Positions 7,830 through 15,870 are shown, counted from the stretch's first letter. The stretch: 25,683 bases of DNA from an uncultured Candidatus Saccharibacteria bacterium (GCA_964467495.1 CAYXQM010000001.1:1-25683), one strand, 5' to 3'. Numbers and translations: made by a program. Notes: generated by a model from the letters alone, not told the origin.

Positions 7830-8822
7830 ATGAAAAGCAAAAAACACCCTGAATACCAATATTTAGACCTGCTCAAAGATATATTAGACAACGGGGTCGT
7901 TAAGCATGACCATAATACTGGTATGGGTCTTACAAGCGTATTTGGTAGACAAATACGTTTTGACCTTTCGGAAGGATTTCCTCTTTTAACTACCAAAAAA
8001 GTTCCTTGGAACAGCATTATGCAAGAACTGTACTGGTTTATGTCTGGTCAGACCAATATAAAATACTTGGTGGATAATAAAGTGCCTATATGGAATGATT
8101 ATCCGTTTAAGATATATAAAGCAAAAGCTGACAGAGGTAAATTACCGAGTCTGACTAAGGAAGAATTTGTAGAAAAAATTGGGGAAAACAAAAAATTTGC
8201 TAGAGAACATGGGGAATTACCAAAAATTTATGGGGAACAATGGCGAGCGTGGCCAGCTTCTGATGGCAGGAAAATAGATCAGCTGGCATGGGTTATAGAT
8301 ACTTTGAAAAATTTTCCAGAACGTAAGCATGCGGTTCTCTCAGCTTGGAACCCCCAGTTTCTTTATGCTATGGCTAAACCAGGTGAAGCCCTATCCTTCC
8401 CTCTGTGTCACATAATGTTCCATTTTAATGTATCTGGAGATAAGCTTTCATGCCTTCTGTACCAAAGGAGTTGCGATATGTTCCTTGGTGTTCCATTTAA
8501 CATTGCTAGTTATTCAGCTCTAACAATAATAATCGCTAAACTCGCTGGATATAAACCTGGAGAATTTATTCACACATATGGTGATGCCCATATTTACCAT
8601 GACCATTTGGAACAGGTAAAAGAACAACTGACTCGAAAACCAAAACCTTTTCCAAAGTTGGTTTTAAGTAATAAGATCAAGGATTTAGACAGCTTCCGTC
8701 CTGACATGGTTACTCTTGAAGATTATAATCCACATCCACCACTAAGAGCTCCCATGACTGTAGCTGGGGGATTTAATGAAAAAGACAGAAAAAATTTTAG
8801 AAAAAAGAATAAAAAGAAATGA
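7830..8822 (+). CDS. thyA: Thymidylate synthase (classical)
   Basis: FGRQIRFDLSEGFPLLTTKKV, IYGEQWR, PLCH catalytic Cys, YQRSCDMFLGVPFNIASY, GDAHIY. Confidence 0.97.
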   Translation: MKSKKHPEYQYLDLLKDILDNGVVKHDHNTGMGLTSVFGRQIRFDLSEGFPLLTTKKVPWNSIMQELYWFMSGQTNIKYLVDNKVPIWNDYPFKIYKAKADRGKLPSLTKEEFVEKIGENKKFAREHGELPKIYGEQWRAWPASDGRKIDQLAWVIDTLKNFPERKHAVLSAWNPQFLYAMAKPGEALSFPLCHIMFHFNVSGDKLSCLLYQRSCDMFLGVPFNIASYSALTIIIAKLAGYKPGEFIHTYGDAHIYHDHLEQVKEQLTRKPKPFPKLVLSNKIKDLDSFRPDMVTLEDYNPHPPLRAPMTVAGGFNEKDRKNFRKKNKKK

Positions 8823-10063
8823 AAGATAAAAAAGTAGAAAAATTAATAAAAGGAGAAGAAAAGAGACAAGCCGAAGGATTAGAACTCATTCCTTCTGAAA
8901 ATTATGTTTCCGAAGATGTTTTAAGGGCAAACGGTTCGGTCTTTACCAACAAATATTCCGAAGGTTATCCGGGCCGAAGGTATTACGGTGGACAAGATTT
9001 CACTGATGGGGTGGAACGTTTGGCCATTGAGCGGGCCTGCAAACTTTTTAAGTGCAAATATGCCAATGTTCAGCCGCATGCCGGCGCGCCAGCCAACATT
9101 GCTGCTTATTTTGCTTTGATGGAGCCGGGCGACACTATTATGGGTATGGATCTTTCTCATGGTGGGCACTTAACCCATGGTCATCCCGTGACCAATATCA
9201 GCAAAATTTTCAGATTTATCAGATACAAAATGAAAAATCCGGAAACGGGAGAGATTGATTTTGACGAAATGCTCAAAGTAGCTATGAAAGAAAAACCAAA
9301 AATAATTTTGGCTGGATTTTCTGCTTATACTCGCGAACTTGATTACGCAAAATTTTCTAAAGTGGCCAAAAAAGTTGGTGCTTTAGTAATGGCTGATGTG
9401 GCTCATATTGCAGGGCTTATCGCTGGCCGAGCACATAAAAACCCATTTGATTATGGGTTTGATATTATGACCACCACTACTCACAAAACTTTGCGCGGTC
9501 CCCGTGGAGGGATGATTTTGGTTCGTGATAGCGAAGAACTTGCCAAAAAGATTGATAAAACAGTATTCCCCGGGCTTCAAGGAGGTCCTCTGATGCATCA
9601 TATAGCGGCTAAAGCTGTCTGTTTTGGAGAAGCTCTTACCCCGGCTTTCAAAAAGTATGCCAAGCAGATTATCAAAAATGCTAAAGCTATGGCTAAAGTA
9701 TTTTTAGATAATAAAATCAGACTTATAGGCGGGGGCACTGATAATCATTGTTTATTAGCTGATGTGTATGGTTCGCTCGGAGTGACAGGTAAAGAGGCCC
9801 AAACCGTTTTGGATGAAGTTGGTATAACTTTAAATATGAATGTTATAGCAGATGATCCTCGAAAACCTCTGGACCCATCGGGTATTAGATTTGGTACTCC
9901 GGCTATTACTACTCGCGGTTTTAAAGAAAAGGAATGTAAACGTGTAGCTGAGCTTATGATAGCTATCTTGAAAGACAAAGATAACAAAAAATTAAAAAAA
10001 GAAGTTCATGCAGAAATAAAAAGACTTGCTAAAAAATATCCCATTCCCAAAAAATTCGTGTAG
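8819..10063 (+). CDS. glyA: Serine hydroxymethyltransferase
   Basis: IPSENY, NKYSEGYPGRRYYGG, TTTHKTLRGPRGG, FPGLQGGP; ATGA overlap with thyA. Confidence 0.98.
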   Translation: MKDKKVEKLIKGEEKRQAEGLELIPSENYVSEDVLRANGSVFTNKYSEGYPGRRYYGGQDFTDGVERLAIERACKLFKCKYANVQPHAGAPANIAAYFALMEPGDTIMGMDLSHGGHLTHGHPVTNISKIFRFIRYKMKNPETGEIDFDEMLKVAMKEKPKIILAGFSAYTRELDYAKFSKVAKKVGALVMADVAHIAGLIAGRAHKNPFDYGFDIMTTTTHKTLRGPRGGMILVRDSEELAKKIDKTVFPGLQGGPLMHHIAAKAVCFGEALTPAFKKYAKQIIKNAKAMAKVFLDNKIRLIGGGTDNHCLLADVYGSLGVTGKEAQTVLDEVGITLNMNVIADDPRKPLDPSGIRFGTPAITTRGFKEKECKRVAELMIAILKDKDNKKLKKEVHAEIKRLAKKYPIPKKFV

Positions 10064-10072
10064 AATATAAGG

Positions 10073-11743
10073 ATGAAAATTAAAGAAAAAATTGAAAAGT
10101 GGACTAAAGAAACATTAAATACGGGAAAAGTAATTTTAGTGCACCCGAAGGATATTAAAAATGGGGATTATTCTTTTTTCTCTTCTTCTGAAAATTCAGA
10201 AAAAGATGTAGAGAGATTGAATGAAAATAAAATAAAAGAAATAGAAAAAATAGAAGTAGTTGGTAAATTTATAAATTTTCATTTATCAAAAGAATTTTTT
10301 GCTGAGGCTGTCTCTGAAATAAATAAACAAAAAGAAAAATTTGGTAGTAATAATTTACTTGAAGACCAAAAAATAATAATTGAATATACCAACACTAATG
10401 TTTTGAAACCGATGCATATAGGACATCTTATGGGCAATGTCATTGGTGAATCCTTGTCTCGGATTATTGAAAATAGTGGTGCTAAAACCAAAAGAAACAC
10501 TTACCAAGGTGATACCGGCCTGCATATTGCCAAAGCTGTGTGGGGTATAAGAAAAAATGGTGGTCAGAAAGAAGGAGATTTATCAGCCAAAGCTGATTAC
10601 ATTGGCCGATCTTACGCTTTAGGAGCGGATGCTTACGAAGATGATGAAAAAGCCAAAAACGAAATAATAGAAATAAACAAAAAGCTTTTTGAGCAATCAG
10701 ACAAAGAACTTGTTGATCTATATAAATGGGGCAGGCAAGTCTCTTTGGATCATTTTGAAGAACTTTACAAAAAACTTAGCACTAAATTTGATTATTACTT
10801 TTTTGAAAGCCAGGTAGCGGAAGATGCTCTAAAAATTGTTAAAGAAAATATTGGCAATGTTTTTGAAGAAAGCGATGGGGCCATTGTTTTCAGGGGAGAA
10901 AAATTTGATCCCAAGCTCCATACTCGAGTCTTTGTCACTAGCCAAAACATACCAACCTACGAAGCTAAGGATATCGCCCACGCCATCAGAAAAGAAAAGG
11001 AATTTAAATCGGATAAATCTATAATTGTTACCGCCAATGAACAGGACGAATATTTCAAAGTGGTTATAAAGACTTTGGAGCAAATAAATAAAGAAATTGC
11101 AGACAAGACCACCCATCTTTCTCATGGAATGCTTAAATTGCCGACCGGCAAGATGTCTTCTAGAAAAGGGAATGTTATTACTGGAGAAAGTTTGATAAAA
11201 AAAGTTGAAGAATTGGTGGTAGAAAAAATAAAAGACAGAGAATTTGATGATAAAGAAAAAAATGAAATAACAGAAATAGTAGCTATTGGAGCAATTAAAT
11301 ATTCAATACTTAGACAAGCAATTGGGGGAGACATTATTTTTGATTTTGGTAAATCGATTTCGTTTGAAGGAGATTCGGGGCCATATTTGCAATATACTGC
11401 AGTGCGCGCTAACTCTGTGCTCAAAAATGCCAAAAAATTAGACCACACTCTTAAAATATCAAAGGGCACCTTTGATACTTGGGAGACGATAGAAGTAGAA
11501 AAAATGCTTTATAGGTTTCCGGAAGTAGTAGAGAGAGCTGGAAAAGAATACGCTCCACACCACATTGTTACCTATTTAACTGAACTGGCTGCTGCTTTTA
11601 ACAGCTTCTATACAAAAGAAAAAATAATCGACGAAGCTAACCTAAATGCTTCGGCTTACAAAATTGCTCTCACTCAAGCCATCTTCCATACTCTCCACAA
11701 CGGCCTTTATCTCCTTGGTATAAAGGTTCCGGAGAGAATGTAG
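10073..11743 (+). CDS. argS: Arginine--tRNA ligase
   Basis: KPMHIGH (HIGH), GKMSSRKG, GDSGPYLQYTAVR, C-terminal VPERM. Confidence 0.96.
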   Translation: MKIKEKIEKWTKETLNTGKVILVHPKDIKNGDYSFFSSSENSEKDVERLNENKIKEIEKIEVVGKFINFHLSKEFFAEAVSEINKQKEKFGSNNLLEDQKIIIEYTNTNVLKPMHIGHLMGNVIGESLSRIIENSGAKTKRNTYQGDTGLHIAKAVWGIRKNGGQKEGDLSAKADYIGRSYALGADAYEDDEKAKNEIIEINKKLFEQSDKELVDLYKWGRQVSLDHFEELYKKLSTKFDYYFFESQVAEDALKIVKENIGNVFEESDGAIVFRGEKFDPKLHTRVFVTSQNIPTYEAKDIAHAIRKEKEFKSDKSIIVTANEQDEYFKVVIKTLEQINKEIADKTTHLSHGMLKLPTGKMSSRKGNVITGESLIKKVEELVVEKIKDREFDDKEKNEITEIVAIGAIKYSILRQAIGGDIIFDFGKSISFEGDSGPYLQYTAVRANSVLKNAKKLDHTLKISKGTFDTWETIEVEKMLYRFPEVVERAGKEYAPHHIVTYLTELAAAFNSFYTKEKIIDEANLNASAYKIALTQAIFHTLHNGLYLLGIKVPERM

Positions 11744-11773
11744 AACTTAGCTTTATTATTTTAACCATGAATG

Positions 11774-11809
11774 TTTAAAGAATGGTTCGCACGAAGGATT
11801 CCATAAAAA
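11774..11809. promoter_or_regulatory. Repeat copy 1 upstream of arsR; candidate operator
   Basis: 31/36 identical to 12125-12160; imperfect palindrome ATGG...CCAT. Confidence 0.5.
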
Positions 11810-11835
11810 CATGGAGTATGTTAAAATTAGATAAT

Positions 11836-12096
11836 ATGAAAAAATTAGAAAAAATTATAAAAGCTTTTGGAAATGAAAGTCGGCTTAAGATTCTTAAATA
11901 TTTGAAAAGTAAAAAATCTGCCTCAGTTATTGATATAGCAAAAACAAACAAACTCTCTTATAAAGCGGTCTCTAAACACCTGGGCATTCTTTATCAGGTG
12001 GATATTGTAGATAGAACTCAAAGCGGATATGAAATGCGATACAAAATCTCGAATTCTTTAGACCCCAGAGCTTTTGCTATCCTCAGATTGATTTAA
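11836..12096 (+). CDS. ArsR/SmtB family winged-HTH regulator (true start probably ATG 11836, not 11782)
   Basis: IKAFGNESRLKILKYL, SVIDIA, AVSKHLGILYQVDIV, YEMRYKI. Confidence 0.88.
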   Translation: MKKLEKIIKAFGNESRLKILKYLKSKKSASVIDIAKTNKLSYKAVSKHLGILYQVDIVDRTQSGYEMRYKISNSLDPRAFAILRLI

Positions 12097-12124
12097 CATC
12101 TCGAATTCTTTTTGCACAGTTTTA

Positions 12125-12160
12125 TTTATAGAATGGTTCGCCCGAAGGGTTCCATAAGAG
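12125..12160. promoter_or_regulatory. Repeat copy 2 upstream of the disrupted secreted-protein gene; candidate operator
   Basis: agaatggttcgcccgaagggttccataa, 26/28 identical to 11779-11806. Confidence 0.5.
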
Positions 12161-12230
12161 ATGAGGAGTAATTTTAGTTATGCACAAAAGTTTTTGTATT
12201 TTTAAAGTTTGGAACGATTTAATTTATTTA

Positions 12231-12330
12231 ATGAAGATGAAAAATGTTTGGATAATCTGTGTGTTTTCTTTTTTATTTATTTTTGCCTTTGCCAAAAATT
12301 CTTATGCGGAAATTACTTATCCGTATACAA
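12231..12330 (+). pseudogene. 5' fragment (signal peptide) of a secreted protein, cut by the IS
   Basis: MKMKNVWIICVFSFLFIFAFAKNSYA/EITYPYT: basic N-region, hydrophobic core, SYA cleavage-like site; the stop arises 3 nt inside the IS end. Confidence 0.7.
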
Positions 12331-13264
12331 CGTAATCTAATCAATAGCTTGGACGTGATTTAATAATTGTATTGGGGCGCGAAATGAAATTCCCATGTGC
12401 AATCTTTCGGTATTGTAATACTTTAAATATTTTTTAAGAGCCTCGTTGATTAAAGGAACTTCTCTCTTAACTTTGTCCAAACATTCTTCCTGCACTGTTC
12501 GATTGAATCTCTCGATGTGTGAGTTGTCATTGGGTTTGCCAATTCTGGTGTAGCGATGATTCTTTTTGATCTGACCCACAAACCACATACCAAACTCCAG
12601 TCCATGATCAGATTGAAGCATGAGGAATGAGAAGTTTGCTTCTCTTTGGGCTTCTCTCACAAAATCTAACATCATTCTGCTATTCATTTTTTCATAACAT
12701 TTTGCATACACCCATCTTGAAAAGACATCAATCAATACAAAAACATATATTCTGGTCTTTTCTCCAGTCATGAGATGAATAGTGTCAATCTCAACCAAAT
12801 TACCAGCTTTTAGAGGGTACGGACGATCTACATGAGGATGAAATCGTTTCCATGGACTTCTCTTGTTTAATAGTCCGGTTCGGTCTAGTGTGCGTTTGAC
12901 AGACGAGAGAGATATTCCAATTCCTTGATTCAGAAGCTCTTGATGTATGACCTCAGCACATCTTTTGGTCTTGAGTCTTTGGTGGAAGATTTTCCATATC
13001 ATATCATTGGTTAATTCTTTCGGATGATGTTTTGGTCTCGATGAGAGTGTCGGTATGAGATGATATCCGTATCTTTCTGCTTTCTTGACCCATTTGCATA
13101 TGGTACTGGAGCCTACACCAAACCGTCGACCGGTTTCGGTTGGTGTGTGACCTCTTCTGACCATATCTGCCGCTTGTTGACGCACTTTCGGCATGTGCGG
13201 ATTTTGTGTGTATGCCATATGCTCCGATTCTACCTTATTGCGTCCAAGCTATTGAACCATTACG
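12331..13264 (-). mobile_element. IS481-like insertion sequence, 934 bp
   Basis: Terminal inverted repeats cgtaat-ctaa-tcaatagcttggacg (12331-12355) and cgtccaagctattga-acc-attacg (13241-13264); single transposase; no target duplication visible. Confidence 0.85.
12337..13218 (-). CDS. IS481-family DDE transposase (HTH + rve integrase core)
   Basis: HTH RRFGVGSSTICKW; VEIDT, IDVFSR, QSDHGLEF, HIERFNRT. Confidence 0.9.
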   Translation of the reverse strand: MAYTQNPHMPKVRQQAADMVRRGHTPTETGRRFGVGSSTICKWVKKAERYGYHLIPTLSSRPKHHPKELTNDMIWKIFHQRLKTKRCAEVIHQELLNQGIGISLSSVKRTLDRTGLLNKRSPWKRFHPHVDRPYPLKAGNLVEIDTIHLMTGEKTRIYVFVLIDVFSRWVYAKCYEKMNSRMMLDFVREAQREANFSFLMLQSDHGLEFGMWFVGQIKKNHRYTRIGKPNDNSHIERFNRTVQEECLDKVKREVPLINEALKKYLKYYNTERLHMGISFRAPIQLLNHVQAID

Positions 13265-13990
13265 AATATTTTGACAGATAAAATAGTAGATAGCGTTGTG
13301 TATTTAAGTTGGGTTGAAAACTTACTATCAATACAACTGCAATCACCCATAGATATGGTTGTTATTGCTCCCGATGGTAAAAAAATAGGCAAAAACTTTG
13401 AAACGGGAGAAGAATACAACGAAATTCCACTGGCGTTTTATTCCGGATATCAAACAGATGATGAATATATAACTATTCCAAATCCTTTGAATGGGGAGTA
13501 TAAAATAGAAATACAAGGTACGGAAAATGGAGGGAAATATGGGGTAATAACTAGTTTTATCACAGAAGAAACACTAGCGACCAGTGAGATTATTGGCACC
13601 ACAGAACCATCCCAAATAACCAACCTATCTGTTTCTGTAGATAATCAAAATCCAGAAAATATAGAAACAGAGAAAGAAGTGACATTAGAGATATTATTAA
13701 ATGACATTAATAAATCTTATGAATTAGGGTGGATTACTGACAAAAAACTCAAAGATAAGCTCGTTAAAAAAGTAGAAAAGATAATAAAAATAGAAGATAA
13801 AATAGGAAAAACTGAAGAGAAAAATAAAAAGAACAAAGACAAAAAAATTGAAAAGATGGTAGACAGGATAGACAAAAAAGCTGCCCAAGCTTTAATTATA
13901 GAATTAAAAGGATATGAAAAAGACAAAATGAATGAACAAGCGTATAATCTTATTAAATACGATTTAGAATATTTAATAAATAATAATTAA
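13265..13990 (+). pseudogene. C-terminal remnant of a large secreted protein (SPID..IAPDGKKIG beta module plus helical tail)
   Basis: Frame opens exactly at the IS end; upstream in-frame TGA lies inside the IS; the track start TTG 13271 has no RBS. Confidence 0.6.
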
Positions 13991-13993
13991 AAA

Positions 13994-14380
13994 ATGAGAA
14001 ATAATATTTTGTTGTTTATTTTAGTTTTAGCAATAAGTCTCGCCACAGCTTCTTATTTTGGTGGTTGGTATGATTATTTTGTACCACAGTATGATTACTC
14101 ACTATTGGGAATTGATCAGGAGACTATTGTGTATGTAGCTGGTTTATTTTTTGCTTACGTATTTTTTGTCCCGTTTATATTTGAATTACTTGGGAAAGGA
14201 AGCAAAAACAAATGGATGGTTATTCTTTTGGCTCCAGTGATACTTTTTTATCTATATGATAGTGTGGCACTTGTCTACATCCCCATTATCGCCAGCATTG
14301 CCGGCTGTCTGATTGCAAAACTGACTAATCTTGTTATTCGGCAATTCAGACATCCTAACCCGCCGATGGTGATTAAGTGA
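13994..14380 (+). CDS. Small multi-pass membrane protein ending HPNPPMVIK
   Basis: About four hydrophobic segments; starts 3 nt after the remnant stop. Confidence 0.75.
   Translation: MRNNILLFILVLAISLATASYFGGWYDYFVPQYDYSLLGIDQETIVYVAGLFFAYVFFVPFIFELLGKGSKNKWMVILLAPVILFYLYDSVALVYIPIIASIAGCLIAKLTNLVIRQFRHPNPPMVIK
14356..14378 (+). repeat. 23-bp direct repeat, copy 1 (last codons of the membrane-protein gene)
   Basis: taacccgccgatggtgattaagt, identical to 15239-15261. Confidence 0.9.
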
Positions 14381-14390
14381 AGATAAAATA

Positions 14391-14426
14391 AACTCTTGAA
14401 TTAACTCTAGAGTTAATTCAAGAGTT
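14391..14426. repeat. Perfect 36-bp palindrome with no loop
   Basis: aactcttgaattaactct|agagttaattcaagagtt. Confidence 0.95.
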
Positions 14427-14443
14427 ACAAATAAATTAAAATT

Positions 14444-14974
14444 ATGGAAAAACTAGACCCAAATTTACAAAAAAAATGGGAAAGTGAACTTGCCAAGGAA
14501 GGTTTACCTGAAACTCCTTCGGGAAAAGAAACAGTTGTTGAAGAAACAGGAGGTGATATCCTTAACGCTGAAGAAAAAATGCTTGCAAAAGCCATGGAGG
14601 ATATTTTAAGAGAGTATAATGCTCTACCAAGTGAGATTCAGCAAGATATTATTGATGATATTAAAAAACGAAAAGAAGTAGGAGCAAGTTTTAAAACAAT
14701 TTCTGACCGCTTACATCTTTTGGTCCAAAAAGGTTCCGAGCTTGATGTCATGACTAACGAAGATTCAGACAGATACTACCAACCACAACCTTCACTGGAA
14801 GAAATAAAATTGAAAGAGGAAATAGAGGGAAGAAAAGAGATTGTTTCAAGGGATATTGATGACCTTTTAAAAAAATTAGAGCAAATTAAACAAAAAGGTA
14901 TTAATAAAGCAAACAGAAGAGGGAATTCTGATGAAAACAAACCGCCAAAGTTACCTCCAGATCAAATACATTAA
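14444..14974 (+). CDS. Hypothetical acidic, helical protein
   Basis: 176-aa ORF with host-like composition; no family recognised. Confidence 0.7.
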   Translation: MEKLDPNLQKKWESELAKEGLPETPSGKETVVEETGGDILNAEEKMLAKAMEDILREYNALPSEIQQDIIDDIKKRKEVGASFKTISDRLHLLVQKGSELDVMTNEDSDRYYQPQPSLEEIKLKEEIEGRKEIVSRDIDDLLKKLEQIKQKGINKANRRGNSDENKPPKLPPDQIH

Positions 14975-14978
14975 AATT

Positions 14979-15161
14979 ATGGGTAGAAAATCTTTAGAAA
15001 ATCGTAATGTAAGGAAACTTACAAAAACAGGGGGAGGGAAGAGCATCTCTGTAACTTTACCAATTGAATACATTCGAGAATTAAAATGGAAAGACCGCCA
15101 AAAGGTGATTGTAAAAAAGAAAGACAAATCCTTGATTGTTTCTGACTGGAAACCAAAGTAA
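14979..15161 (+). CDS. AbrB/MazE/SpoVT-type DNA-binding protein (60 aa; start ATG 14979)
   Basis: RKLTKTGGGKSISVTLPIEYIRELKWKDRQKVIV, swapped-hairpin pattern. Confidence 0.8.
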   Translation: MGRKSLENRNVRKLTKTGGGKSISVTLPIEYIRELKWKDRQKVIVKKKDKSLIVSDWKPK

Positions 15162-15238
15162 AAAATATACGAAGAATATCCAGCCGTTTAGACGCCCTCA
15201 AACTTCGCTCTGGTTAGCATAAAGTTTTGCTGAACAAG

Positions 15239-15261
15239 TAACCCGCCGATGGTGATTAAGT
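15239..15261 (+). repeat. 23-bp direct repeat, copy 2 (not in an ORF)
   Basis: Identical to 14356-14378; reads NPPMVIK-TAA but is preceded by an in-frame TGA at 15231. Confidence 0.9.
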
Positions 15262-15349
15262 AAAAGGGGGATAAAGGAGTGCTGGATATTTTATATTTGC
15301 TATAATTGAAGTAAGTATGTGTCCACGTTCGATTTGCTCCCCCTAGGCA

Positions 15350-15392
15350 GGGTCAGCTGCGCTCGGCGAGTGCGCGGCTGACCCCCTTTTTT
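15350..15392 (+). terminator. Strong GC-rich hairpin plus T-tract
   Basis: gggtcagc (15350-15357) / gctgaccc (15377-15384) with further inner pairing; T6 at 15387-15392. Confidence 0.7.
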
Positions 15393-15435
15393 ATGTTAAA
15401 ATAATGGCAGTTACTACTATTTAATTTGAATAAAT

Positions 15436-15840
15436 ATGATAAAAGAATTCAAACAATTTTTATTAAGAGGAAACGTGGTTGACTTGGCGGTCGGGGTGGT
15501 TATTGGTGCCGCTTTTGGAACCGTGGTATCTGCTTTAGTTTCAGATTTGCTTACTCCTTTCATCGCTGCCATTGCCAAAGTTCCAGATTTTTCCGGTTTG
15601 GCTTTCACTATCAACGGAAGTCAATTTATGATAGGCCATTTTATCAACGCTGTTATATCGTTTGTATTAGTCGCTGCCGCCATATTCTTTTTTGTGATTA
15701 AGCCCATGAATATGCTCATTTCTCGTTCTCATAAAGAACCGCCTGCTGATCCTACTACTAAAAAATGCACCGAATGTCTGAGTGAAATACCAATTGAAGC
15801 CAAACGTTGCTCTCACTGCACTCAAAAAATAGCTGAATAG
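15436..15840 (+). CDS. mscL: Large-conductance mechanosensitive channel with C-terminal 4-Cys ribbon
   Basis: EFKQFLLRGNVVDLAVGVVIGAAF, GHFINAVISF; CTEC...CSHC tail. Confidence 0.95.
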   Translation: MIKEFKQFLLRGNVVDLAVGVVIGAAFGTVVSALVSDLLTPFIAAIAKVPDFSGLAFTINGSQFMIGHFINAVISFVLVAAAIFFFVIKPMNMLISRSHKEPPADPTTKKCTECLSEIPIEAKRCSHCTQKIAE

Positions 15841-15870
15841 AAATTTTAAGGAAAAGAGTATAATGTGGCC

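Noticed and set aside
15175-15290. 10-bp inverted repeat aatatccagc / gctggatatt around the second 23-bp repeat
   Set aside because: A match this short at this distance is expected about once by chance in 25 kb; no target duplication supports a MITE.
15322-15345. gttcgatt resembling a tRNA T-loop
   Set aside because: Flanks cannot form a T-stem or acceptor stem; no cloverleaf. No tRNA or rRNA gene was found in the window.
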